NCBI GenBank assembly: GCA_965242865.1
Contig: CBDETK010000008.1
Span: forward strand, 32,001 to 96,000
Length of the DNA stretch: 64,000 bases
Direction: 5' to 3'
From: Candidatus Latescibacterota bacterium
GTDB taxonomy: Bacteria; Latescibacterota; UBA2968; UBA8231
The translations under genes were made by a program, and so were the position numbers. Positions 9,867 through 19,114 of the stretch are shown here, piece by piece (the first letter of the stretch is position 1; every line of letters begins with the position of its first letter). The notes under the pieces were generated by a model that worked only from the letters and a program-made list of their open reading frames with translations, made no database searches and was not told the DNA's origin.

Positions 9867-10751
9867 ATGATCACCTACGTCAACGGCAACCTGTTCGAGG
9901 CACCAGCTAGAGTCTTGGTGAACACCGTGAATACTGTCGGTGTAATGGGGAAGGGCATTGCGCTAGATTTCAAACGGATTTATCCGGAGATGTTCAGTCG
10001 ATATCAACACTTCTGTGAGTCTGGACAGCTAGCGATTGGAAAATTGTACCTATTCAAGACCGATCAGAAGTGGATTCTCAATTTCCCAACAAAAAAGCAC
10101 TGGAAAGCCCCTTCTCGGCTCGAATATATCGAGGCAGGTCTCAAGAAGTTTGTTTGCCACTACGCAGATGTTGGCATTACATCAATCGCATTCCCCGCCC
10201 TCGGCTGCGGAAATGGAGAACTGGACTATGACACTCAGGTTCGACCACTCATGGAGGATCACTTGAATAGCATTCCGATCTCAGTCTTCATATATCTGAA
10301 TCGCCCTACAACGACTCCCCCAAGGCACCGGGACGTAGAGCGAATCGCCGTTTGGTTGCGTCAAGATCCTCCGTCACTTCCGTTTGACTGCGTGTTGAGA
10401 GATGTGCATAATATTCTGGCGAACGCAAGACCTTTGCATACAATCGACAGGCAACACGAATTTGTAGCACAATTCAAGAGTAATCCTGTGCGACTGCAGA
10501 TTACATCCGCCGGTCATTCGTTCGCATACTCGGAGGATGTACTCTGGACATTTTGGCAGAGACTTAGGGAACATGGACCAGTATACGAAGAGATCTTGGC
10601 GGACTACCATCAACCATTGTTCCTCATTTCAGTTTTCGTAATGCTTCCATATGTTCAACAGATTCAAGTAGCTCGGTCTCCTGATCAACTCTGGAATGAG
10701 CCGCATATTGGGCTGCAGATCAAACCAAGTTACCGAGGACATGACCTCTAG
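9867..10751 (+). CDS. macro domain (DarG-like ADP-ribose glycohydrolase) protein
   Basis: MITYVNGNLF, LVNTVNTVGVMGKGIAL.FK, ILNFPTKKHW..PS, SIAFPALGCGNG; lower GC. Confidence 0.9.
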   Translation: MITYVNGNLFEAPARVLVNTVNTVGVMGKGIALDFKRIYPEMFSRYQHFCESGQLAIGKLYLFKTDQKWILNFPTKKHWKAPSRLEYIEAGLKKFVCHYADVGITSIAFPALGCGNGELDYDTQVRPLMEDHLNSIPISVFIYLNRPTTTPPRHRDVERIAVWLRQDPPSLPFDCVLRDVHNILANARPLHTIDRQHEFVAQFKSNPVRLQITSAGHSFAYSEDVLWTFWQRLREHGPVYEEILADYHQPLFLISVFVMLPYVQQIQVARSPDQLWNEPHIGLQIKPSYRGHDL

Positions 10752-10915
10752 TCAGTCGAAAATGTTAAGGGCTTCCAGCTCTTGAGTGCGGGTGTGGATG
10801 CTGGCGGAATCCCTCAGCAGTCTCGATCGGATCGCTTGGTCGGGGCGAATCGAACTGCTTGCGGCGGGCTCGGGGTACTCGGACCTCGAACGCAGGCACG
10901 GGTGCCCTTGCCGCC
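10735..10915 (+). repeat. dispersed structured repeat, copy A (shorter)
   Basis: Aligns to the reverse complement of 16448-16738 (about 48 of the first 60 nt identical, ungapped, counted by eye) and to 31466-31748. Confidence 0.85.
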
Positions 10916-11022
10916 CAACACGTCTGGCAAGATCCGCTCCACGTAATCTTCGGCTGCGACGGGATCTTTGGAGGATCCGGGGCTACGCGCGAGGCGGGTG
11001 ACTCGATCCGCCCTACAATTGA

Positions 11023-12000
11023 TTGTTGGATCACGCGACCGAATCGGTTTCGGACTTGGCGGCAAGCCTCGACCCAGTACCCGGATTGCACGTTGAGGCC
11101 GGTGTGCCGTTGAAGGCCCACACGCGCTTCGCCGTCGGTGGTCCCGCCGACCTGTTCGCTTGGGCCAGGACGCCGTCCGCCTTAGGTGCTGCGTTCCGAG
11201 GCGCACGGGAAGCCGGCATACCCTTCTACCTGCTGGGGGACGGGAGCAATGTAGTCGCGTCAGACGCCGGCTTCCGAGGCTTGGTGGCGCGGTACGTGGC
11301 GGACGGCTTGGAGTGTCGCGACGGAGTGATCGAGGCCGAGGCAGGGGGAAGTCTCCAAGCGCTGGTAGACCTCTCGATCGACAACCGTCTCGAGGGGATG
11401 CACACGCTGACGCGGATCCCAGGATCGGTGGGCGGAGCGGTCTACGGGAACGCGGGCGCGTACGGGCATCAACTCGACGAGTTCGTGCGTCGCGTGGATT
11501 TTCTCGATGACGGCGAATTGCGCTCGTTCGGCTCGGAGGACTGCGAGTTCGAGTACCGCGAATCCGTTTTCAAGCGGAACAAGGACTGGTTGATCCTTGG
11601 CGTCCAGCTCGAGCTGCCGCGGGGCGACTCGGCCGCTTTGCGGGCCCGCGCCGAAGAGATTCGAGCGGTGCGCGACGAGAAGTTCCCTCCGACCATGCGT
11701 TGCGCCGGCAGCATCTTCAAGAATCTCTACCTCAGCGCCTTGCCGCCGCAAGCCGCCGCGATCGTTCCCGAGCGGGCCGTGCGGGGCGGCAAGGTGGCGT
11801 CAGCGTTCTTCCTCGAGCAAGTTGGCGCGAAGGGTATGCGCAACGGCGGCATCGAGATTGCTTCGTATCATGCCAACTTGCTTTACAACCGGGGCGGCGG
11901 GACGTCCACCCAGATTCGCGAGTTAGTGGTAGAACTGAAGGTGCGCGTCCGGGATCGCTTCGCCTTCGAGATCGAAGAGGAAGTGCAGTACGCGGGTTGA
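11023..12000 (+). CDS. murB: UDP-N-acetylenolpyruvoylglucosamine reductase
   Basis: HTRFAVGGPAD, GDGSN, IPGSVGGAVYGNAGAYG, YRESVFK, AGSIFKN, HAN, EEEV. Confidence 0.95.
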   Translation: MLDHATESVSDLAASLDPVPGLHVEAGVPLKAHTRFAVGGPADLFAWARTPSALGAAFRGAREAGIPFYLLGDGSNVVASDAGFRGLVARYVADGLECRDGVIEAEAGGSLQALVDLSIDNRLEGMHTLTRIPGSVGGAVYGNAGAYGHQLDEFVRRVDFLDDGELRSFGSEDCEFEYRESVFKRNKDWLILGVQLELPRGDSAALRARAEEIRAVRDEKFPPTMRCAGSIFKNLYLSALPPQAAAIVPERAVRGGKVASAFFLEQVGAKGMRNGGIEIASYHANLLYNRGGGTSTQIRELVVELKVRVRDRFAFEIEEEVQYAG

Positions 12001-12043
12001 GGGGGATCCGATCCGTTGCGCCGGACGACGGGAGCGAATTGAC

Positions 12044-12718
12044 ATGAGGCGAATGCTGCTGGCCTTGGCGCTGTTCGGGTTCGCGGCGGCGGCACCCGCC
12101 GCGGACTGGAAGGATCTGCTGGGCAACGGCTTGGACGACTGGCGGGTGCTGGGCGACGGCCATTGGCGGTTGCGCTCCGACGGCGTGGTCGTTGCTTCGT
12201 TCGGCCATGATCGCCAACAGGAATTGCAGGGTACCGGCCCGATCGACCGGCAGGCGTTCGTGCGCTGGAGCACGCGGCAGTCGTGGCTCTACACAGTGCG
12301 TGATTTCGAGGAATTCGACCTGCATCTCGAATACTGGGTCAACACTCCCGGGAACGGCGGAATCTCGATTCGCGATCCCTCGCAAGCGCGTTGCGGCATC
12401 GCGGAGCGACCCGATTACAGCTGCACTCCTTCCAAGCTCGGTTACGAGATCCAGATCGACAGCGAGTACACCGGCAAATGGGCGACCGGCTCGATCTATG
12501 GACTGGTGAGGGCCCCGGATGGATTGGACGTGCCAGGGGAGTGGAACCGGATCAATATCGAATCGCGCCGCGATGCGATCCGGGTGTACGTCAACGGAGT
12601 GCTGGCCTCCGAGCATCCCGGCGATCCGGAGCGGCCCAAGAAGGGTCCGATCGGCCTGCAGCTGCACGATCTGCACAGCTTCGTGATGTTCCGCAACCTG
12701 TGGATTCTGGAGTACTGA
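12044..12718 (+). CDS. DUF1080 (3-keto-disaccharide hydrolase family) secreted protein
   Basis: Signal peptide; F.LHLEY, GNGG, GYEIQI, TGSIYG, WN, GPIGLQ.H, FRNL. Confidence 0.9.
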   Translation: MRRMLLALALFGFAAAAPAADWKDLLGNGLDDWRVLGDGHWRLRSDGVVVASFGHDRQQELQGTGPIDRQAFVRWSTRQSWLYTVRDFEEFDLHLEYWVNTPGNGGISIRDPSQARCGIAERPDYSCTPSKLGYEIQIDSEYTGKWATGSIYGLVRAPDGLDVPGEWNRINIESRRDAIRVYVNGVLASEHPGDPERPKKGPIGLQLHDLHSFVMFRNLWILEY

Positions 12719-12726
12719 CCGCCGAC

Positions 12727-14295
12727 TCAAGACGATTCCGCCTCGACATCGACGAAGCGTACTTCCTGTCCCCGGCGGATCTGCGAATGCTTGCGGAATG
12801 CCGATCGCGGCTCCGGGAAGTCCGAGCGGTAGTGGCCTCCCCGGCTTTCTTCTCGCCCTAGGGCGCAGCGCGCCACCAGCCGGATGATTTGGTACATGTT
12901 ATCGGTCTCGAATCCGGCCCGGCTGCTCCGCGCCAATCCCTTCTCGAACAGCGTCGACAGCAGGTCGAGTTGCTCGAGGCCCGCGCGGAGGCCTTCCCCG
13001 GAACGGGTGATGCCCGCGTGCCGCCAAGCGAGGTGGCGCAGGTTGGCGATGGCGTTGCCGGGCAGTGCGCTGGCCGGTCCCCGGTGCTTGATGCTCGGCC
13101 TCCGCACGGGCGCGTCGATTCTCGAGCGCATGGTTTCACCGGCCTCCGCTCCGAATACGAGCCCTTCGAGCAGCGAGTTGCTGGCCAGGCGGTTCGCACC
13201 GTGGACGCCGTTGCAAGCGACTTCGCCAGCCGCGAAAAGGCCGGGCAGGGTGGTAGAGCCATCGAGACTCGTCACCACCCCGCCCATCGCGTAGTGCGCC
13301 GCCGGGTGGACGGGGACCGGTTCGAGTTCCAAGTCCACGCCGTACGCCAGACAGGTTCGATAGACGCGCGGAAAGCGTTTGCGCACGTGCCCCGGCGCGA
13401 GGTGGGTCAGGTCGAGATAGACCGGACCCTTGCGCAAGCGCGCCAGCTCGCGCACGATGGCGCGCGAGACGATGTCGCGTGGCGCCAGTTCTTCGCTCTC
13501 GTGGTAGCGGGACATGAAGCGCTGCATGTCCGCGTTGCGCAGCACCGCTCCCTCGCCTCGCAGAGCCTCTGACAGCAGGAAGCGCGGAGCACCTTCCAAG
13601 AACAGCGCCGTGGGGTGAAACTGGACCATCTCCATGTTCGCGACCGTGGCCCCGGCCCGATAGGCCATCGCCACGCCGTCGCCGGTCGCCACGACCGGAT
13701 TTGTCGTCTCGCGATACACCCGGCCAATGCCGCCGGTCGCGAGCAGGACGGCGCGGGAATGGATGGGGACGAGCTCGCGCTGCTTCTCGTCCCACGCCAC
13801 GGCCCCGCAGACCTCTCCGTCCTCCATCAGCAGGTCGACCACCGACGAGAAACTTTGGAAAGAAATCGCCTCGATCGCCTGCGCCTTGCGAAACAGCGTG
13901 CGGGCGATTTCCCGTCCGGTCGAGTCGCCGTCGGCGTGCAGCACGCGATTGACGCTGTGGGCGCCTTCGATGGCGAAGGTCAGCTTCCCGCCGGCCGTGT
14001 CGAATTCGGCGCCCCAGTTGATCAGTCGCTGGATCCTGCGCGGACCGGCTTCGGCCAAGGCGCGAACGGCGCGCGGGTCGCAGAGCCCTGCGCCGGCGAG
14101 CAGCGTGTCCTGTTCGTGCAGGCGCACCTCGTCTTCGTCGCTCAGCGCGACTGCCACGCCCCCTTGCGAGTACTCGGTGGCGGACTCGGTCAGGCGATCC
14201 TTGGTCAGAACCAGCACCCGGCCGGCCGCGGAAGCCTCAATTGCGGCACTCAGTCCGGCGACCCCCGCGCCGCACACCAGAATGTCCGTTTCCAT
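12727..14295 (-). CDS. nadB: L-aspartate oxidase
   Basis: GAGVAGL, SQGGVA, EGAHS..RVLH, QFHPT, SEALRGEG, AHYAMGG, GVHGANRLASNSLLE. Confidence 0.96.
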   Translation of the reverse strand: METDILVCGAGVAGLSAAIEASAAGRVLVLTKDRLTESATEYSQGGVAVALSDEDEVRLHEQDTLLAGAGLCDPRAVRALAEAGPRRIQRLINWGAEFDTAGGKLTFAIEGAHSVNRVLHADGDSTGREIARTLFRKAQAIEAISFQSFSSVVDLLMEDGEVCGAVAWDEKQRELVPIHSRAVLLATGGIGRVYRETTNPVVATGDGVAMAYRAGATVANMEMVQFHPTALFLEGAPRFLLSEALRGEGAVLRNADMQRFMSRYHESEELAPRDIVSRAIVRELARLRKGPVYLDLTHLAPGHVRKRFPRVYRTCLAYGVDLELEPVPVHPAAHYAMGGVVTSLDGSTTLPGLFAAGEVACNGVHGANRLASNSLLEGLVFGAEAGETMRSRIDAPVRRPSIKHRGPASALPGNAIANLRHLAWRHAGITRSGEGLRAGLEQLDLLSTLFEKGLARSSRAGFETDNMYQIIRLVARCALGREESRGGHYRSDFPEPRSAFRKHSQIRRGQEVRFVDVEAESS

Positions 14296-14353
14296 GCCGT
14301 CGCGGGCCTGTCGCGCCGTCCGCCGCGAAGCCCATGGTACAAAAGGGACATCG

Positions 14354-15460
14354 ATGTTCGTTCCCGTCGAGACAGGCTCTGGACGCTACGAGGTTCGCAT
14401 CCGAGCTGGCACGCTCTTGCAGGCTGCGGTCTATATCCGCGAAGCGCTCGGGGAACGGAGGCTGTTTGTCATCGCGGATGAAGCGGTTTGGGACGCTCAA
14501 GGGCACTACTTGACGAGCGGGTTGGCTGACGCGGACTGGGCCGTGCTCGCAGTGCCCCTAGGGGAGCCGCGCAAGCGTTTGGCCACGGTCGAGCAACTGT
14601 GCGAGGCGATGCATGTCGCGGGAACTGATCGGCACACGGTCGTGGTGGCATTCGGCGGAGGGGTCGCGGGTGATATTTGCGGATTCGTGGCCGCGTCGTA
14701 CATGCGCGGCGTCGATCTCGTGCAAATCCCCACCACCTTGCTGGCCCAAGTCGACGCCTCCGTGGGCGGCAAGACCGGAGTGAATCTCGCCACCGGGAAG
14801 AACTTGGTGGGCGCGTTCCACCAGCCGAAGCTCGTGCTGATCGACCCGGATATTCTCGAGACCCTGCCGGACCGGGAGTATCGCGCGGGCGTGCAGGAAG
14901 TTGTGAAGCATGGCGTCATCCGCAGCGCGGAGCTATTCGAGTTCATGGAAAAGGAGCGGGATGCCGTTCTGGCCCGAGAGAGCAAGGCTGTCGAATACAT
15001 GATTGCGGAGTCGGTGCGCATCAAGGCGGACGTGGTGCGGCGTGACGAGCGCGAAGGCGGCCTGCGTCGCATCCTGAATTTCGGGCATACGCTCGGTCAC
15101 GCCTTGGAGGCGGAGACCGGATACAGCCTCCTGTTGCATGGAGAGGCTGTCGCGTTCGGCATGATCGCTGCTGCGAGGCTGTCCGAACTGCGCGGCCGCC
15201 TCGCGACGCGCGAACGCAAGAGGATCGAAGCGACCGTGCTTTCCTACTGCGACCTGCCGGACTTGTCTGACTTGGATGCCGTCGCAATAGCGTCGCGGGT
15301 CGCGGGCGACAAGAAGTCTGTTGGAGGGCAGGCGCGCTTCGTGCTGGCCGAAGGGATCGGAAGCGTTTGCGAGGAAGTCGCCCCGCCCCAGGAACAAGTC
15401 ATTAATGCGACCAAGCACGCCTTGCGGGTTTGTCGCACCAAGGGCGGGTCAGCAGGATAG
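14354..15460 (+). CDS. aroB: 3-dehydroquinate synthase
   Basis: GGGVAGD, PTTLLAQVDASVGGKTGVN, LNFGHTLGHALE, HGEAV; real start ATG 14354. Confidence 0.96.
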   Translation: MFVPVETGSGRYEVRIRAGTLLQAAVYIREALGERRLFVIADEAVWDAQGHYLTSGLADADWAVLAVPLGEPRKRLATVEQLCEAMHVAGTDRHTVVVAFGGGVAGDICGFVAASYMRGVDLVQIPTTLLAQVDASVGGKTGVNLATGKNLVGAFHQPKLVLIDPDILETLPDREYRAGVQEVVKHGVIRSAELFEFMEKERDAVLARESKAVEYMIAESVRIKADVVRRDEREGGLRRILNFGHTLGHALEAETGYSLLLHGEAVAFGMIAAARLSELRGRLATRERKRIEATVLSYCDLPDLSDLDAVAIASRVAGDKKSVGGQARFVLAEGIGSVCEEVAPPQEQVINATKHALRVCRTKGGSAG

Positions 15461-15463
15461 CTG

Positions 15464-16234
15464 GTGGGCATGCCCGAGACAGCTCGCGGCGCGGCGCCCG
15501 CAGGCGTGGAACCGAGCGATTCCGCAGCCGTGTCGCGCGTCGTGCGCGAGATGTTCGGTCGCGTCGCTCCGCGCTACGACCTGCTCAATCACCTTCTCTC
15601 CGGCCAGATCGACAGGTACTGGCGGCGCAAGTTGGTCCGCGCCGTGCGCCCGTACTTGGACCGGGACGAATCACGCATCGCTGATCTTTGCTGCGGTACC
15701 GGCGACGTTGCGCTGGCATTCGGCCGCGCACGGCGGAAGAGCCCGCAGGCGCAGCCGTGCCTAGCGAGCGACTTCTGCCGACCGATGCTGGAACGGGCGG
15801 ACGAGAAGCTGCGTCGCGCGGGATACCGCTTCCCGCTGGTGGAAGCGGACGCTTCTCGCATGCCCTTGCCCGACGGCAGCCTCGATCTGATCGCCATAGC
15901 GTACGGCTTTCGGAATCTGGCGAACTACCGCGGCGGGGCCGAGGAATTCGTGCGCTTGCTCGCTCCGGGTGGCTGCCTGGCGATCCTGGAGTTTTCGCAG
16001 CCGACATCGCGGCTGTGGAGAGCGGTGTTCAACGCGTATTTCGAGCACGCGCTGCCGCGACTCGGCAACGCGATATCCGGTAGCGGCGGGGCTTACTCCT
16101 ACTTGCAGGAATCCGTCGCCCGGTTCCCGGAGCCCGAGACGGTCCGGACGTTGCTCTGCGACGCCGGTTTCGAGCGTGTGGAGGCGCGGGTGCTGACAGG
16201 CGGCGTGAGCATGCTGTACCTAGCGTTCAGGTGA
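15464..16234 (+). CDS. ubiE: ubiquinone/menaquinone biosynthesis C-methyltransferase (UbiE/MenG)
   Basis: MFGRVAPRYDLLNHLLS, DLCCGTGD, YGFRN, ILEFS.P, YSYL.ES. Confidence 0.92.
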   Translation: MGMPETARGAAPAGVEPSDSAAVSRVVREMFGRVAPRYDLLNHLLSGQIDRYWRRKLVRAVRPYLDRDESRIADLCCGTGDVALAFGRARRKSPQAQPCLASDFCRPMLERADEKLRRAGYRFPLVEADASRMPLPDGSLDLIAIAYGFRNLANYRGGAEEFVRLLAPGGCLAILEFSQPTSRLWRAVFNAYFEHALPRLGNAISGSGGAYSYLQESVARFPEPETVRTLLCDAGFERVEARVLTGGVSMLYLAFR

Positions 16235-16447
16235 CCGGGCAAGATCTGAAATCCTGCCGAAGTAATGCTCGCGCCACCGTAGCGTGCCTGCTGGAGTGCA
16301 GGACTCGCTTTCTGATGATGTGAGACCGTCGAATGAGTCGAGACGCCAACCCCATTAGCGAGCAACAGAGCTTGCTGTGACTGATTTCGGCTGCCGACAG
16401 CCAGAGTGGGGCAAGCGCGGAGCGTAGCGGGGGATCCGTTCCCGGCC

Positions 16448-16738
16448 AGCGCGTAACACCGGGCTACCGCGCCGGGTGCGCACGAGCGGTGTCCGAGCGG
16501 GTGGCTTCGTGGCGGTCAGTCGGCACAGATCACGATTCGCATAGGTAACGCATAGCGTTCGGCGAGGGCGCACTCGCCCGCGGCCGAGGTCTTGTTGCCC
16601 CAAATCTGCCGCCAGCAGTCCGATCCGCCCCGACCGAACGATGCGATCCAAGCTGATTAGGGATTCCGATGGCATCCACACTCGCGCTCAAGAGCCAAAA
16701 GTCCTAATCATTCTCAACTGGCCAGAGGTCATGTCCTC
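16448..16738 (-). repeat. dispersed structured repeat, copy B
   Basis: Reverse complement begins GAGGACATGACCTCTGGCCAGTTGAGAATGATTAGG and aligns to copies A and C, over ~290 nt with C. Confidence 0.85.
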
Positions 16739-17128
16739 TGAGGCCCCGGCCAGGATTCTCGAATCGACCCCAGGCTGTTTCGCTGCACCTCTAGCAACAA
16801 GCAGCGGGCCTCGCAGCCTTGGCTCTGAGAGAGCCTGCCTAGTACGATTGCTCGCCCAGATGACTCTCAGCTTCGCGAAAAGATATCTTGCTTCCCCAGA
16901 ATCGTCAATGACGACTTACCACATTCCCTGCCGGTGCCCTGAACGCATGCTCGATCCCGCGTGCAAATCAACCGGGGCGGCCACACCTGCATTCGACACT
17001 CGCACTTGACCTCCGACCTGCAGCAATGGTAAGCTGACACCTCAGAGCGGGCACCGTCGCCGGTCGCGTACGGCCTCGGCACAGATCGCCAAAACAATAA
17101 CCGGCAGCCTGTTCTATGTGGGGCACGA

Positions 17129-18796
17129 ATGGCAAAATCTCGCTATCTGTCTGCGCTCGGCTCGGAAGACCGCCAGCTACTCGTGCGCCAGCTTCACAGG
17201 CTGCAGAATCGTCGCTGTTTCATCTGCACGAGCGAGATCGATCTAGACCTTCACAAGGGGCAGATCGACATCGATCACATTGACCCGCTATTGGAGGACG
17301 GACTCGATGACCCAAGCAACTTCGCTCTGACGCACGCCAAGTGCAATCGCAGTAAGGGTGCCTCAAATCTGCAGGTAGCCCGGCGAGTAGCGGAGTTTGA
17401 ACGACTGCAAGAACAAGCGCGTAGACAGGGGAAGCGAGGAGCAGATCTAGGGGATGTCTTGTCCCTACATGATGGCAGTAAAGCTGACTTGAGACTTTTG
17501 GTCGAGAATGATCGTGTCAAGTATAGTTTGCCAAACAGCGGCAATGAGGGAGTATATACGGAACGATTGATGCATGATAAACTGAGCAATATGGATTCCT
17601 TTGTGGCACAGTTTCCTCTTGAATATCTACATCACGATGACCGGATCAATCCTCGTAGCATAGGATCGAACATCAGGAATCTGATCGAAGAGTTCTTGGC
17701 AAGGCGCCCGCAGCTTCATATGGCTCTTGGATGGTGGGAGCCAGACGAAGCGAACAGCCAGACACAGGGTAAGCTACGTCTGTTCGATGGGCAACATAAG
17801 GTTGCCGCCCAGATACTATTGGGAGTTAGGACTATACCGGTCCGCGTCTTCGTTTGTCCCGATACAAATGTACTGCTCAAAGCCAACACTAATGCAGGCG
17901 GCAAGTTACGCCAAGTGGCATTCGATTCCGCTGTCATGCGCCACCTAGGCAACACGCTCTATGAGGAGCGTGTCAACCAATTTCGGCAAATGCGGAGATT
18001 GCCTGATAACGATCTTTCGTTTTCTGAACAGGACCTAGTCAAATTCTTTAGGGGAGAGAGCCGTGAAATGATTCGCTATATCATCGACGCACAGAGAGAT
18101 CGAATTACGCGTAATTCCGACAATAAGCTCTTGGATTTCGTCGAGTGGTCTGGAAGATCGAACCAGCTCCCGATGGCATATCATACGGTTGAACGCTCGT
18201 TTTTCAAGGAATTCCTCTACCAAAAAGCACTAGATACACCACTCGATGAGGGGTATGAGCAGGGTTTCAATCCCCGCCAACTGGAGCGTGAACAGTTGAC
18301 TAAAATCATGTCTCTATTTTCCGAAGTGTTCTTAATCAATAATTGGGATCGCGAAATCGGCGGAAGACGCCTTGAAACCCGTGTCCACGCAGGAGAGAAG
18401 ATTCCCGAGAATCATCTTCGTGCTTGGCGTGTCTCTAGAGAGGAAGTACTTGCGATCATTGTACGATATTTGAAGCTCGTAATCACTAACTATCTTGCTT
18501 GGACGGGAGCGTATGAGGAAGAAGATCGACTCCTACATAAGTGCTTGCCTGACGAAGTGTGGACACGAATGGAGAACTTCCTCTCCAACTTGGCTGGCCT
18601 GCCATGCTGGATTGATGGTAGTTTAGCAACGACAGTTTTTGGAGCAAAGCAGAATCGGGATTATTGGGTGAGCATTTTGAAGACCGGGAAAACCCCATCA
18701 GGTATCGAGGTCTTGGCACAACCACTCAAAATCCAAGAGATGATCTTGGATAGGGCTCAACACGATGTCAGCTTAGATCTGCAGATGCACCCCTGA
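17129..18796 (+). CDS. HNH endonuclease fused to a ParB/DGQHR-like domain, putative defence nuclease
   Basis: N-terminal CFIC...DHIDP....G.DD.SN....H.KCN.SKG; central LFDGQHKVAA; lower GC. Confidence 0.8.
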   Translation: MAKSRYLSALGSEDRQLLVRQLHRLQNRRCFICTSEIDLDLHKGQIDIDHIDPLLEDGLDDPSNFALTHAKCNRSKGASNLQVARRVAEFERLQEQARRQGKRGADLGDVLSLHDGSKADLRLLVENDRVKYSLPNSGNEGVYTERLMHDKLSNMDSFVAQFPLEYLHHDDRINPRSIGSNIRNLIEEFLARRPQLHMALGWWEPDEANSQTQGKLRLFDGQHKVAAQILLGVRTIPVRVFVCPDTNVLLKANTNAGGKLRQVAFDSAVMRHLGNTLYEERVNQFRQMRRLPDNDLSFSEQDLVKFFRGESREMIRYIIDAQRDRITRNSDNKLLDFVEWSGRSNQLPMAYHTVERSFFKEFLYQKALDTPLDEGYEQGFNPRQLEREQLTKIMSLFSEVFLINNWDREIGGRRLETRVHAGEKIPENHLRAWRVSREEVLAIIVRYLKLVITNYLAWTGAYEEEDRLLHKCLPDEVWTRMENFLSNLAGLPCWIDGSLATTVFGAKQNRDYWVSILKTGKTPSGIEVLAQPLKIQEMILDRAQHDVSLDLQMHP

Positions 18797-19114
18797 AGAA
18801 AATCGCCACCAGTCATACATCAGTTTGAGGGAAGTCCGCTCTGTTGGACTGAGATTTGATTCAACTGACGGAGTGAAAAGGCGTGTTCCTAGCGTGTTAA
18901 AGGGCTAAGGTACAATATGTACAAGCAGGTCGAAATTGAGTAATTGGCGTGACGAATCTCGTTTCACAGTCTAGTAATCCGAGTCAATTCGTTGGATAGG
19001 ATCTAGGTGATATGGCTGATGCATAGGCTGCAAGTACGCGCAAATCGCAAAGGGCTAACGACATAGAACCGATCAGCCAGCGAGACGTCGGGGCGGATCC
19101 TGAAGGGTTGGCGT

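Noticed and set aside
13727-14353. N-terminal extension of the 577-aa AroB ORF
   Set aside because: It overlaps nadB on the opposite strand; AroB similarity starts at ATG 14354.
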